Assembly (NCBI GenBank): GCA_028715175.1
Contig: JAQUSJ010000001.1
Coordinates: 674,386-738,385 of the forward strand
From: Candidatus Daviesbacteria bacterium
GTDB taxonomy: Bacteria; Patescibacteriota; Microgenomatia; Daviesbacterales; UBA10151
Direction of reading: 5' to 3'
Length of the DNA: 64,000 nucleotides
Shown here: positions 37,191 through 48,590 of the stretch, in pieces
How positions within the stretch are numbered: the stretch's first letter is position 1
Layout: the number at the start of each line of letters is the position of its first letter
Translations under genes and position numbers: made by a program
The notes under the pieces: generated by a model
What the model was told of the DNA's origin: nothing
Database searches by the model: none
Seen by the model: only the letters and a program-made list of their open reading frames with translations

Positions 37191-37210
37191 TCCTGAGCGT
37201 AGTCGAAGGA
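37191..37210. repeat. Short hairpin element exactly filling the convergent purM/prs gap
   Basis: TCCTGAGCGTAGTCGAAGGA. Confidence 0.75.
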
Positions 37211-38191
37211 CTAATTTCTTTCTTCTCTATGACTTTTGGGAATTAACTTTTCGGACATCGAATCACCATTATAAATACAAGTTATAGCTTCCGCCAAAAG
37301 TTTGGCAACAGAAATTATCAAAACTTTCGGATTTTCTAACATTTCTTTTCTAATCGGTACTGTATCTGTTATAAAAATTTTATCTAAGGAAACAGCTTTA
37401 ATTTTTTCCGGCGCAGAACCGGAAAAAAGTCCATGCGTGGCAGCAACAGATACGCTTTTTGCCCCTCTTTCTTTAAATAATTTTGCAGCATCGCACAATG
37501 TTCCAGCCGTATCAATCATATCATCAACAATTAATACATCTTTACCTCTAACATCACCAATCATATTCACAATTTTACTCTCATTCCTTTTCATTACATC
37601 TCTCTCTTTAAAAACAATAGCAACACCGTCGGCACCAAGCAGATCCGCATAAAATGTGGCTTTCGGAACTCCGCCCTTATCAGGAGATGCAACCACTAAA
37701 TTTGATGCAAAATGTTTTTTTAACTCCGGAAGAAATGAATAACTGCTGTATAAATTATCCCAGGGAATTTCAACAAATCCGGGTTCCTGTTCCGAATGAA
37801 CATCAACTGTTAAAATTCTGGCTGCCCCCGCATATTCAATAAGTCTTGCGATAATCGATGCAGAAATTGGAACTCGAGGTCTATCTTTTCTATCCTGCCT
37901 TGAATATCCAAAATAAGGAATAATTGCGGAAACCTCAGAAGCTGATGATCTTTTAGCTGCATCTATTATCAAAAAAAGCTCTATAATGTTTGCGTCAACA
38001 GGCGGACAAGTCGGTTGAATTATAAAAACATCACGTTTACGTAAATTTTCTGGTATGGTAATTCTTTTTTCACCATCTGCAAAAACAGTAACAGTTTCAT
38101 CTACGTCTTTTCCTAAAATTTTAGCAATATCTTTCGCGAGAGGTAAATTTGCAGTTCCTGTTAAAAGTACGAAACCATTATCATTTGGCAT
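37211..38191 (-). CDS. prs: Ribose-phosphate pyrophosphokinase
   Basis: FADGE, PYFGYSRQDRK, VDDMIDTAGT, ATHG. Confidence 0.95.
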   Translation of the reverse strand: MPNDNGFVLLTGTANLPLAKDIAKILGKDVDETVTVFADGEKRITIPENLRKRDVFIIQPTCPPVDANIIELFLIIDAAKRSSASEVSAIIPYFGYSRQDRKDRPRVPISASIIARLIEYAGAARILTVDVHSEQEPGFVEIPWDNLYSSYSFLPELKKHFASNLVVASPDKGGVPKATFYADLLGADGVAIVFKERDVMKRNESKIVNMIGDVRGKDVLIVDDMIDTAGTLCDAAKLFKERGAKSVSVAATHGLFSGSAPEKIKAVSLDKIFITDTVPIRKEMLENPKVLIISVAKLLAEAITCIYNGDSMSEKLIPKSHREERN

Positions 38192-38198
38192 AGACTAT

Positions 38199-39179
38199 TT
38201 AAATTATATCACGTAAATTATCCATAATTCTAAGGTTAACATTTTTTGTCATATCCGGAATAAACCTTTTACCAGTTATTTTTTCATAAATCCCCATGTA
38301 AAGCCTGCTCATTTTGGCAATAAAACTTGGGGGCATCTTGGGGATTTTTCCTTTGCCAGTATATCCATGCTCTTTAAACCAAATCCTAAGAGGCTCTTTG
38401 TCATAGCTTTCCGGCTCCAACCCTTTTTTAAATTTTTCATTGTAAGTTTTCTTGACCCAATATCTTGAGGAATCAGGTGTATGAAGTTCATCAACCAGCA
38501 TCAGTTCCCCTTCATTATCAAAACCAAATTCATATTTTGTATCAACTAAAATTATACCGGCCTTATCACAAATCTTTTGTCCTCTTGCAAACAAAGCCAA
38601 GGCTGCAGTTTCCATCTGTTTCCATATCGCCGGTGTCACAATTTTTCTTTGTATGATATCTTTTTCGCTTAATTTTTCATCGTGATGTCCTGATTTGGCT
38701 TTAGTGGTAGGAGTAATTACAGGTTTTGGCAACTTTTGGTTTTTTCTTAAACCTTCTGGAAATTTAATGCCGTAAATTACTCTTTCTCCTTTTTCATAAG
38801 ACCCCCAAATTGATGTATCTGTCACACCGGTGATATAACCTCGAACGACCATTTCAACAGGAATAACCTGGCAATTCTTAACTACCATTACATTTGGATC
38901 CGGCACACAAAGTAAGTGGTTTTGAATAATATCAGAAGTTTTATTAAACCAAAAAGCTGAAAGCTGATTAAGGACTTGCCCTTTAAATGGAATATAACCT
39001 AGGACATGATCAAAAGCAGATTGCCGGTCAGTGGTAATGATCACTCTTTTATCATCTAATTCATAACTGTCCCGGACTTTACCGCTATATTTCTTCCCCA
39101 AATTCGGGATATCAACTGTTTTAAGTACATGAGCGATGTTTTCTATAATTATTCTTTTAGCAACCATATCTTGCGTCAT
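38199..39179 (-). CDS. purC: SAICAR synthase
   Basis: GKVRD, TDRQSAFD, DTKYEFG, DELHTPDSSRYW. Confidence 0.95.
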   Translation of the reverse strand: MTQDMVAKRIIIENIAHVLKTVDIPNLGKKYSGKVRDSYELDDKRVIITTDRQSAFDHVLGYIPFKGQVLNQLSAFWFNKTSDIIQNHLLCVPDPNVMVVKNCQVIPVEMVVRGYITGVTDTSIWGSYEKGERVIYGIKFPEGLRKNQKLPKPVITPTTKAKSGHHDEKLSEKDIIQRKIVTPAIWKQMETAALALFARGQKICDKAGIILVDTKYEFGFDNEGELMLVDELHTPDSSRYWVKKTYNEKFKKGLEPESYDKEPLRIWFKEHGYTGKGKIPKMPPSFIAKMSRLYMGIYEKITGKRFIPDMTKNVNLRIMDNLRDII

Positions 39180-39206
39180 TGCGAGGAGTGTAGCGACGTG
39201 GCAATC
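39175..39206. repeat. Half GTCAT element spanning the purE stop / purC start
   Basis: GTCATTGCGAGGAGTGTAGCGACGTGGCAATC. Confidence 0.75.
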
Positions 39207-39682
39207 TTTTTCGCTTTTTCCTCCACATCCTCTACCAATTTCTTTTTATATGCCGCAATTTTTTCTTCCAAATTTTTATCAGAAGTTGCTAAAATTTGTA
39301 CTGCTAAAAGCCCAGCATTTTTGGCGCCATTAATAGCAACTGTTGCAACAGGCACTCCCGGCGGCATCTGCATAGTTGACAAAAGTGAATCTACCCCGTT
39401 TAATGTTCCACTTTGTATTGGAACCCCAATTACCGGCAAAGGAAACTCTGCTGCTATAACCCCTGCCAAGTGCGCTGCCATTCCTGCGCCGGCAATTATA
39501 ACTTTTACTCCTTCTGTTTTCGCTTTTTCTACCAACTCTTTAGTTCTTTCCGGAGAGCGATGAGCTGAAGAAATTGTCATTTCATACTCCACCCCAAACT
39601 CATCTAAAACTTTGCCGGCATTACACATCACTTCTAAATCAGAATCCGAAGCAGCGATAACGAGCACTTGCACGCTTTTCAT
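39176..39682 (-). CDS. purE: N5-CAIR mutase / AIR carboxylase
   Basis: SAHRSP, GAGMAAHLAG, PVIGVP, QMPPGVPVATV. Confidence 0.96.
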   Translation of the reverse strand: MKSVQVLVIAASDSDLEVMCNAGKVLDEFGVEYEMTISSAHRSPERTKELVEKAKTEGVKVIIAGAGMAAHLAGVIAAEFPLPVIGVPIQSGTLNGVDSLLSTMQMPPGVPVATVAINGAKNAGLLAVQILATSDKNLEEKIAAYKKKLVEDVEEKAKKIATSLHSSQ

Positions 39683-41088
39683 ATTCTTTTTATTATATCA
39701 ACCAATTCTAAAGACTTTTTTGCGGCATTACCAACATGATTTTTAGCATTCAATATCTCTGTAACTTCTATTGGTTTTAAATATTTTCTTATTTCGGAAT
39801 TTTCCGAAATCAAATCTTCCATCGGATTTGGATTTCCATCCTGGACACTTTCCCAAGCCCTCATGGAAATTTCTCGGAGTATTTCATGGATTTTTTGCCG
39901 ATCTGCACCTTTCTTAACTGCTTCTAAAATAATTCCTTCTGTGGCAGAAAACGGCCAGTAAATATCCAAATTTTTCCTTATTCGTTTATCGTTTATCGTT
40001 AAACTCTCAATAATATTTTTTGCAGAAGTTAACATCTCATCCGTTGCCAAAAACATTTCCGCACTAACTACTCTTCTGTTAGCCGAATCATCTAAGGTCC
40101 GCTCCAACAAAGTCTGGGAGGCATTATCCCAAGATACCCGTGACAGAGCAGCTACCAGTCTTGCGAGTGAACAAATCTGCTCGGATTTTATCGGGTTTTT
40201 CTTAAAAGGCATGGCCGATGAACCAACTTGCAAACTACCAAAAGGCTCCTGCCATTCACCGAATCCGGGTGATTGTATAATCCTTAAATCAAAAGCAAAT
40301 TTATTTAGAGACTGGGCAATAGATGCTAACAAATTCCCAATCCAAACTTCTATTTTTCGCGGAGCGGTTTGGTTGGTAATACTAGCCGCCTTAATTCCTA
40401 AATCCCCCATTACTTCATTTTCTAACTCATTCGCTCTACTTTCATCCAATAACTTTACGAAACTGGCTCCGGTCCCGACTGCCCCTTTTATCCCCTTGCT
40501 CTTTAAATTCTTTTTAACGAATTGTAAAAGTTCTAAATCCATTAACAAATCCTGTGCATAAAAAGCAAACCTGTATCCTAAAGTCGTAGGTTCAGCGGGT
40601 TGCAGATGAGTATATCCCATACAAGGTAGTTCCGCATATTTTTCAATTTTTTCTCCGAATACTTTTAGTAATTTTTGCAAATTATTTTCCATCAAATTCA
40701 AAGCTTCGGAAACTCTGATGGTTTCCGCATTATCCGAAATATCCATACTGGTGGCACCAAGGTGAATTTTTCCTCCGCCGACTTTAGCTTTTTCTGCAAA
40801 TTCTCTAATTGCCGCAACAACATCATGATTAGTATCTTTCTCTATTTCCCAAATCCTTTCAATATCTATATTATTCTGATTGTCTTCCAGATCTTTAAGT
40901 TCTTCTTTTGATACCAAACCCTCTTTTGCCTGGGCCCTTGCCAGAGCAACCCAAATCTTTCTCCAGAGTTTATATTTGTTTTCTTCAGAGAATATCGCCC
41001 TCATCTCCTCTGACCCATATCTCCAAGAGAAAGGGCTTTGGTAGCTATCATAGTTTTGACATTTGACATTTAAGTTTTGAGTTTTCAT
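39679..41088 (-). CDS. purB: Adenylosuccinate lyase
   Basis: HLGATS, THLQPAEPTT, GSSAMPFKKNP signature. Confidence 0.95.
   Translation of the reverse strand: MKTQNLNVKCQNYDSYQSPFSWRYGSEEMRAIFSEENKYKLWRKIWVALARAQAKEGLVSKEELKDLEDNQNNIDIERIWEIEKDTNHDVVAAIREFAEKAKVGGGKIHLGATSMDISDNAETIRVSEALNLMENNLQKLLKVFGEKIEKYAELPCMGYTHLQPAEPTTLGYRFAFYAQDLLMDLELLQFVKKNLKSKGIKGAVGTGASFVKLLDESRANELENEVMGDLGIKAASITNQTAPRKIEVWIGNLLASIAQSLNKFAFDLRIIQSPGFGEWQEPFGSLQVGSSAMPFKKNPIKSEQICSLARLVAALSRVSWDNASQTLLERTLDDSANRRVVSAEMFLATDEMLTSAKNIIESLTINDKRIRKNLDIYWPFSATEGIILEAVKKGADRQKIHEILREISMRAWESVQDGNPNPMEDLISENSEIRKYLKPIEVTEILNAKNHVGNAAKKSLELVDIIKRI
41054..41088. repeat. Heptamer array forming the purB N-terminus
   Basis: ttttgac atttgac atttaag ttttgag ttttcat; encodes MKTQNLNVKCQN. 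Confidence 0.65.
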
Positions 41089-42617
41089 CAGTGTCTAAAT
41101 GCTCTCCTTCCTGAGAATATCATAGGGATTCCTGCTTCATTTGCCGCTTCAATTGACGCTTTGTCATTGACAGATCCGCCCTGCTCCAAAATTGCTCCGA
41201 TGCCAAACTTTGCTGCCAACTCTACCGAGTCTTGAAACGGAAAAAAACTATCACTTATCAGCATACCACCTTTGGCAAAATCCTTGGCCTGCTCCAGCGC
41301 AATCCTTGTTGCACCAATCCTGGATGTTTGCCCGGAACCAATGCCCCGCGTCATCGGGATATCCTTATCAATTACCAAAACTGCATTAGATCGCACAGCT
41401 TTAACACATTTAAAACCAAATCTAATCTGTTCGAGCTGTTTTTGAGTTGGTTTTTTCTTGGTCACCACTTTCCAGTATTTAAAACTTTCTTCAACATTAT
41501 CATCAAAATCCTGCAAAAGCACAGATCCTCCAAAATATTTCAGATCCCATTTTTCGCTTCTTGTTTTTGGAATTTCGCCAAAAGTATAAACTCCCATACT
41601 TTTTCTAACCTTTTTTAAAAGTTCCAACGCATCGTCTGTTACAAAAGGAACTGCCACAATATCAATATTTTCTTCCCTCTCGTTTTTGAAAGTAGCTACA
41701 TTTTTGGCTGCTTTTAAATCCATAGGTTTGTTTGTCACTATCACTCCGCCAAAAGCAGAAACCGGATCTGCTTCTATTGCAAAATAAAGTGCTTGATGAA
41801 CATCTTTACCTGTGGCAATTCCGCAAGGGCTTAAATGTTTTATCACGCAAGCCGCCGGCTCTTTAAATTGCCTGACAGCTTCCAGACCCGCATAAATATC
41901 TCCAGTGTTTGTGCCGGAAAGTTCCCTTCCCCAAAGATGTTTTAATTTCGCAATTGGAGAATTTGTTTTTGGCATATTGTATAGGGCACCTTCCTGGTGA
42001 GGATTTTCTCCATAGCGCAATACATTTGTTTTCCTAAGAGGAAGAGTTAATTCTTTAGGAAACTTTTCTTTGGAAAAAAACTTGCCGATTTGGCTGTCGT
42101 AAAATGACAGATGATAAAAAGCTTTTGCAGCCAATTCTTCCCTTAACTGCTTTGTGACTTTATTTTTTTGTAAGTTATCCAACACCAATTCATAATCATC
42201 AGGACTGACCACCACTAAAACATTTGCATTATTTTTAGCAGCTGCCCTAATCATGGTCGGTCCCCCTACATCTATTGTCTCAATACTAGGCCTATCCTCA
42301 AATGGATAAAGGTTGCAAACCACAATATCTATTTGCGGAACAACCAGTTCTTTTGCCTGTTTAGCATGAGCGGGATTTTGCCGGTCAAATAATATACCGG
42401 ACTCAATTTGAAAACTTATGGTTTTCATCCTACCGTCAAATGAATCCCTGGGGTTGCCCGTAATTTCATCAATAAGTGTAACTTTTATTCCGTTTTCTTT
42501 TAATACACTAGATGTACCGCCGGTAGAAATAATTTCATAACCCAAACCAAGAAGTACCTTGGCAAAATCAGCGATTCCTGTTTTATCATAAACACTAAGT
42601 AGCGCATATTTTTTCAT
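41088..42617 (-). CDS. purH: Bifunctional AICAR transformylase/IMP cyclohydrolase
   Basis: ALLSVYDKTG, STGGT, DVGGPTMIRAAAKN, LRYGENPHQ, DSFFPF. Confidence 0.93.
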   Translation of the reverse strand: MKKYALLSVYDKTGIADFAKVLLGLGYEIISTGGTSSVLKENGIKVTLIDEITGNPRDSFDGRMKTISFQIESGILFDRQNPAHAKQAKELVVPQIDIVVCNLYPFEDRPSIETIDVGGPTMIRAAAKNNANVLVVVSPDDYELVLDNLQKNKVTKQLREELAAKAFYHLSFYDSQIGKFFSKEKFPKELTLPLRKTNVLRYGENPHQEGALYNMPKTNSPIAKLKHLWGRELSGTNTGDIYAGLEAVRQFKEPAACVIKHLSPCGIATGKDVHQALYFAIEADPVSAFGGVIVTNKPMDLKAAKNVATFKNEREENIDIVAVPFVTDDALELLKKVRKSMGVYTFGEIPKTRSEKWDLKYFGGSVLLQDFDDNVEESFKYWKVVTKKKPTQKQLEQIRFGFKCVKAVRSNAVLVIDKDIPMTRGIGSGQTSRIGATRIALEQAKDFAKGGMLISDSFFPFQDSVELAAKFGIGAILEQGGSVNDKASIEAANEAGIPMIFSGRRAFRH

Positions 42618-43708
42618 GTTAAAACCTTTTTGAGTTCCCCTTTCTCTAAAGCTTCTTTTATTTCCATTGCTACTCTTTTTCCCATACTTAAATTTTGCCC
42701 GTATAAATACATACCATAAGGTGTAGCAAAGATACCAGGACTGCCGGGCATTCTCGGGGAAACATCAAACACAATTATTTCTTTTTTAGGAGGACCGGCA
42801 GTGATCATGGTTTGCAAACCGAATGGACCTATGACACCAGGTTTATATAATTTTTGGGTAGTTGCTACAAATCTTTCCCCCATATCAAATGCGTCTTCAA
42901 GAAGCGATTCCAAAACAGTTACGGCAATGTGTCCTGCTTCTTCGTATTTTACCTGTAAGCGACCTGCCTTCTCTAACTCCTCTTGTACTATGGCTGGACT
43001 ATGTACAACACCTTCTAGATTAGTTTGCCTTCTTGTGTCTGTTCCTATCAATTCCAATCTATCATTTAATGGGTCATAAAAGAAATTGAAGTTTACCTGT
43101 ACTCCCAAAAGAAATTCTTCAATAACAGCATTTTCTAAATTAGCTTTAGAGATAATACCCTTTTGTAAAAGAAAATCGCTCTTCTTAGTGTAAACTTCAT
43201 ATGAGTCGCATAGGAAGAACGAGCGTTCAAATCCTCTCGTCTTTTCCAAGACTTTAACAATACAAAGTCGGTCTATATCTTTAGGATTTTTAAATTGTTT
43301 GGGATATCTAATATTTGCAGCATCCAGCAAGTCATACTGATTCGGTTTAACTCCTCTTTCTTCGGCTTTCAGTAGAAATCTATTTCCAAACATCGGCACT
43401 TTAAATTTTTTCTCAATGGCATTGTAATCATTTATGTAAACCTCAAAAGACCGATGAGGCACAAATATGCAATTTCTTTTTAACAGCTGCTTTTGAACTT
43501 CCGGTTTTAAAACATCAGCAAATTTGTCTAACTCGATTACTTCATCAATGCAACCGAGCATACCTTGGCTTTTATAATATTTTACATAAGTTTTATCCCG
43601 ACCCTTTTGAACAATAACTAAAGTTTTAAACCCTAAATCCTTTGCACCACGGCATACATCCAAAGCGGAGTGTGAACCTAATACAGCAATGGTGTATTGT
43701 TTATTCAT
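42614..43708 (-). CDS. purP: PurP-family formate-dependent AICAR formylase-like ATP-grasp protein (paralogue 2)
   Basis: LGSHSALDV..GAKD, PHRSF, PMFGNR, RESL-like LESL, DVSPR. Confidence 0.8.
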   Translation of the reverse strand: MNKQYTIAVLGSHSALDVCRGAKDLGFKTLVIVQKGRDKTYVKYYKSQGMLGCIDEVIELDKFADVLKPEVQKQLLKRNCIFVPHRSFEVYINDYNAIEKKFKVPMFGNRFLLKAEERGVKPNQYDLLDAANIRYPKQFKNPKDIDRLCIVKVLEKTRGFERSFFLCDSYEVYTKKSDFLLQKGIISKANLENAVIEEFLLGVQVNFNFFYDPLNDRLELIGTDTRRQTNLEGVVHSPAIVQEELEKAGRLQVKYEEAGHIAVTVLESLLEDAFDMGERFVATTQKLYKPGVIGPFGLQTMITAGPPKKEIIVFDVSPRMPGSPGIFATPYGMYLYGQNLSMGKRVAMEIKEALEKGELKKVLT

Positions 43709-44720
43709 CCAAAACTTCCTTTAGTCTATTCTGCTCTATAGCATTCTTTATCTCTCTTGCAATACGTCTTCCTGTTGACATTGGCTCTTCATAATTTAAA
43801 TACGTGTATGGGGAACCGTCAATAAAACAATTTGTTCCTGCCACAATTCGGGCAGAAATTTCGATTACATAAATCTCTTCTGTCGAGGTAATGATTGTCT
43901 CCAAACAAAATGGCCCAAAAAGCCCTTTTGCTGGCATCAATTTCTGAGATGTCTCAACCACCCTTTCTGCCATTGAGATTGCCTCGGGAAGTAGTGATTC
44001 TCTAATTGCCATAGGAATATTGGCAACTACTTCAAAAGACGGTTCTATATTTAAACCTCTTTGGTTTTTTGCAGGAATACGGCCTAGCGAGTCAACATTT
44101 GTTTCATATCGTTTGTCCAAACTCATCATCTCCACCTTTTTCGTTAAAGGCGAATAAAAGAAATGAAAATAAACAGGCACTCCGATAACATATTCCTGAA
44201 CCATAAACTTCTGTTCGCTGAAACTAATTAATTTGGTATCAAACTCTTTTTGATTTCTGGCAGTGAAATAACCCTTGCCTCCTGCCGCCCCGTATGATTT
44301 AACGATAACCGGACGGTCTATTTTATCTCCTCTTTTGAAAAGATGAGGAACTTTTATTCTTGCTTTCTCCATCCACTTCCTTTGCATTTTGCGGTTTTCT
44401 TCCCAATCCAAAACTTTCTTATTGCCAAAATATAAAGTCTTCATACTTTTATTATTGTCCATACCTAAATAGGCCACAAATGAGCCATGTGGAATTATGA
44501 TGGCATTTCTTTTTAGAAGTTCTTTTTCTAACTTAAGAAAATCGCTCCATCTATCAATTTCTAAAATCTCATCAATAAAATTACCGTAAGATTTATAAAG
44601 CGGAATTCTGTCTTTAGTGGAAACTACTGCAGTTTTAAAGCCTTCATCTTTTGCCCCTTTGAGGATTTGCAGGGCGGAGTGAGAACCTAAAGTTACAATT
44701 GTATGGTTTATGATTCCCAT
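43701..44720 (-). CDS. purP: PurP-family formate-dependent AICAR formylase (paralogue 1)
   Basis: LGSHSALQILKGAKDEG, PHGSF, GGKGYF, RYETNVD, RESLL, EISARIVAGTN. Confidence 0.85.
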   Translation of the reverse strand: MGIINHTIVTLGSHSALQILKGAKDEGFKTAVVSTKDRIPLYKSYGNFIDEILEIDRWSDFLKLEKELLKRNAIIIPHGSFVAYLGMDNNKSMKTLYFGNKKVLDWEENRKMQRKWMEKARIKVPHLFKRGDKIDRPVIVKSYGAAGGKGYFTARNQKEFDTKLISFSEQKFMVQEYVIGVPVYFHFFYSPLTKKVEMMSLDKRYETNVDSLGRIPAKNQRGLNIEPSFEVVANIPMAIRESLLPEAISMAERVVETSQKLMPAKGLFGPFCLETIITSTEEIYVIEISARIVAGTNCFIDGSPYTYLNYEEPMSTGRRIAREIKNAIEQNRLKEVLDE

Positions 44721-44795
44721 AGCTTATTATAACTAACATGCATTAAAATTACAAATTTTTGTTAGTTACAGTCTTCCGCAGGAAGTATATATTAA

Positions 44796-46205
<1,410 letters not shown>

Positions 46206-46206
46206 T

Positions 46207-47805
46207 TTATTCCCATTCCATAGTGGCCGGGGGTTTGTTGGTGATATCGTAAACCACACGGTTTACTTCACGAACTTCATTTACAATTCTTGTTGAAATT
46301 TTTTCTAAAAGATCAAAAGGAAGTTTAGCAAAATTGGCAGACATGGCATCTTGGGCTTCAATGGCTCGAATAGCAATTGTTTCCCCATACGCTCTTTCGT
46401 CTCCTCTGACTCCTGTTGTTTTAATTCCTGTAAAAATTGCAAATACTTGCCAAAGATTTTTAGCTAAATCAGTTTTTTCAATTTCCTGCTGAATAATTTT
46501 ATCTGCTTTTCTTAAAATTTCTAATTTCTTTTCAGTAATTTCACCAATAATTCTTACTGCCAATCCCGGTCCTGGAAAAGGTTGTCTATTTAAAATTTGC
46601 TCAGGCAATCCCAAAATCTTCCCAATTTTCCTGACTTCATCTTTATAAAAATTCCTTAAGGGTTCTATTAAAACAAGATTCATTTTTTTAGGTAAAGCCC
46701 CGACATTATGATGTGATTTAATCACTCGTGCATGTTTGGTGCCGGCACTTTCTATCACATCAGGATAAATGGTACCTTGGACCAAAAATTTTGCTCCACT
46801 TTCTTTAGCTAATCTTTCAAAAACCTCAATAAAAATTTTGCCTATTACTTTTCTTTTTTGTTCAGGATCTGCTACCTCTTTTAATGCTTTTAAGAATTCT
46901 TTTTTTGCATCTATAATTTTTATATCCATATTGTAATGTTTGGCAAAAACCCCTCTTAAGGTATCTGTCTCACCATCTCTCATCAATCCCGAATCTATGT
47001 AATAACAAGTTAAATTTTTACCAATGGCTTTATAAACTAAAAGAGCAGCTACCGAAGAATCCACCCCGCCAGACAGTGCGCATATTGCTTTTTCTCTTCC
47101 TACAGAATCTTTAATATCGGAAATTATATTTTCTACAAATTTTTCATCTATTGTTGATCTTTTGGGATTTAATCCGCAGATCTTTAAAAAATTTTCCAAA
47201 ATTTCTGTTCCAAATTCCGTATGCATAACTTCGGGATGAAACTGTATTCCATATATTTTTTTATTTTTATTTTCCACAACAGCATGAGGAATTGTTTTTG
47301 TAGTAGCAATTGTCTCAAAATTCTCTGGTATTTTAACGACCTCATCACCATGACTCATCCAAACCGTGATACCACTTGGAACTGTGGATAATAAATTAGA
47401 AGATTTTTTTATAGTAAGTTCTGCCGGACCATATTCTTTTTTATACCCTGGTTTAACTTCGCCACCCAAAAGCTGACACATTAACTGTTGTCCGTAACAA
47501 ATACCTAAAATTGGAATACCTAACTCAAATATTTTTTTGTCAATTGTCGGCGCGCCTTTTTCATAATCGCTTGCGATTATATCGCGACGCTTCTTGTAAC
47601 GCGGTGCGTTATAAACAGATGCTGGCCCTCCTGAAAATATTATTCCTTTTACTTTCTTGTCATTCTGGAGCCCTTCGCTACGCTCGAGGGTAAACTCCGC
47701 GATAGAATCTTCCGGTGCAACAATTTCACAATCCACCCCCAACTCTCTTATTCTTCTCCCAATCAAATGCGCTGTTTGCGATCCAAAATCAACTAAGACA
47801 ATCAC
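46207..47805 (-). CDS. guaA: GMP synthase (glutamine-hydrolysing)
   Basis: DFGSQ, GICYG, QFHPE, SGGVDS, KPPATMEWE. Confidence 0.96.
   Translation of the reverse strand: MIVLVDFGSQTAHLIGRRIRELGVDCEIVAPEDSIAEFTLERSEGLQNDKKVKGIIFSGGPASVYNAPRYKKRRDIIASDYEKGAPTIDKKIFELGIPILGICYGQQLMCQLLGGEVKPGYKKEYGPAELTIKKSSNLLSTVPSGITVWMSHGDEVVKIPENFETIATTKTIPHAVVENKNKKIYGIQFHPEVMHTEFGTEILENFLKICGLNPKRSTIDEKFVENIISDIKDSVGREKAICALSGGVDSSVAALLVYKAIGKNLTCYYIDSGLMRDGETDTLRGVFAKHYNMDIKIIDAKKEFLKALKEVADPEQKRKVIGKIFIEVFERLAKESGAKFLVQGTIYPDVIESAGTKHARVIKSHHNVGALPKKMNLVLIEPLRNFYKDEVRKIGKILGLPEQILNRQPFPGPGLAVRIIGEITEKKLEILRKADKIIQQEIEKTDLAKNLWQVFAIFTGIKTTGVRGDERAYGETIAIRAIEAQDAMSANFAKLPFDLLEKISTRIVNEVREVNRVVYDITNKPPATMEWE
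47563..47614. repeat. 48-bp in-frame insert with TTAT direct repeats in guaA
   Basis: SVY-NAPRYKKRRDIIASDY-EKGAP; hairpins TAACGC-3-GCGTTA and ATAATCGC-2-GCGATTAT. Confidence 0.75.
47658..47710. repeat. Half GTCAT element with a nested short hairpin, in-frame in guaA
   Basis: TGTCATTCTGGAG-CCCTTCGCTACGCTCGAGGG-TAAACTCCGCGATAGAATCT. Confidence 0.75.
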
Positions 47806-48590
47806 GGCTTTGCCTCCTTAACAAACTTTACAATGTTTTCAAACAAAGGTAAACCTTGTGGTTTTGTAATATTTCCCCTTCGCCAGTTTGGGTGCTGTTC
47901 CACCCGGACAAAACATTCAGGATGCGGCATCATCCCTAAAATCCTGCCTGTTGTATCTGTTATTCCTACTATCGAATTTAAGGAACCATTTGGATTTTCT
48001 GGATATTCCATTGTTGGATTTCCATTTTCATCAACATATCTGAATGCCACTAAATTTTGATCTTCAATTTCTTTTAGAATTTCCTCATCGGCAATAAATT
48101 TACCTTCGCCATGGGCAATCGGCAACCAGATTATTTCATTATCCATTTCTCTCAAAAATTGGCTGTTATTTTTATTATTAACTTTAACTTTTATCCATCG
48201 GCATTCAAAATGTCCCGAATCGTTATTTGTTAAACTAACTCTCATTTTTCCAATTTCTCTAAATGGCAAAAGACCAGTCCTAACTAAAACCTGGAAACCA
48301 TTACAAACTCCCAAGATGGCAGTATTTTTTCGTTCAATAAATTTCTGCAATTCTTCTTTAAAAAATGAAGTTAGCTCAATTGCCAAAATTTTTCCGGAAA
48401 CTATGTCGTCCCCATAGGCAAAACCGCCGGGCAAAGCAAGAATTTGATAATCCTTCAGTTTTACAGAACCGTCTCTTAATTGATTTACATGCACTATTTT
48501 TGAATCCCCGCCGGCAATCTTAAAAGCATAAGCCATCTCTTCGTCTCTATTTGTCCCATCTGCTTTTAAAACTAAAACTTTTGGTTTCAT
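47802..48590 (-). CDS. purQ: FGAM synthase glutaminase subunit
   Basis: GGFAYGD, GVCNGFQ, AHGEG, NPNGS, MMPHPE. Confidence 0.95.
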   Translation of the reverse strand: MKPKVLVLKADGTNRDEEMAYAFKIAGGDSKIVHVNQLRDGSVKLKDYQILALPGGFAYGDDIVSGKILAIELTSFFKEELQKFIERKNTAILGVCNGFQVLVRTGLLPFREIGKMRVSLTNNDSGHFECRWIKVKVNNKNNSQFLREMDNEIIWLPIAHGEGKFIADEEILKEIEDQNLVAFRYVDENGNPTMEYPENPNGSLNSIVGITDTTGRILGMMPHPECFVRVEQHPNWRRGNITKPQGLPLFENIVKFVKEAKP

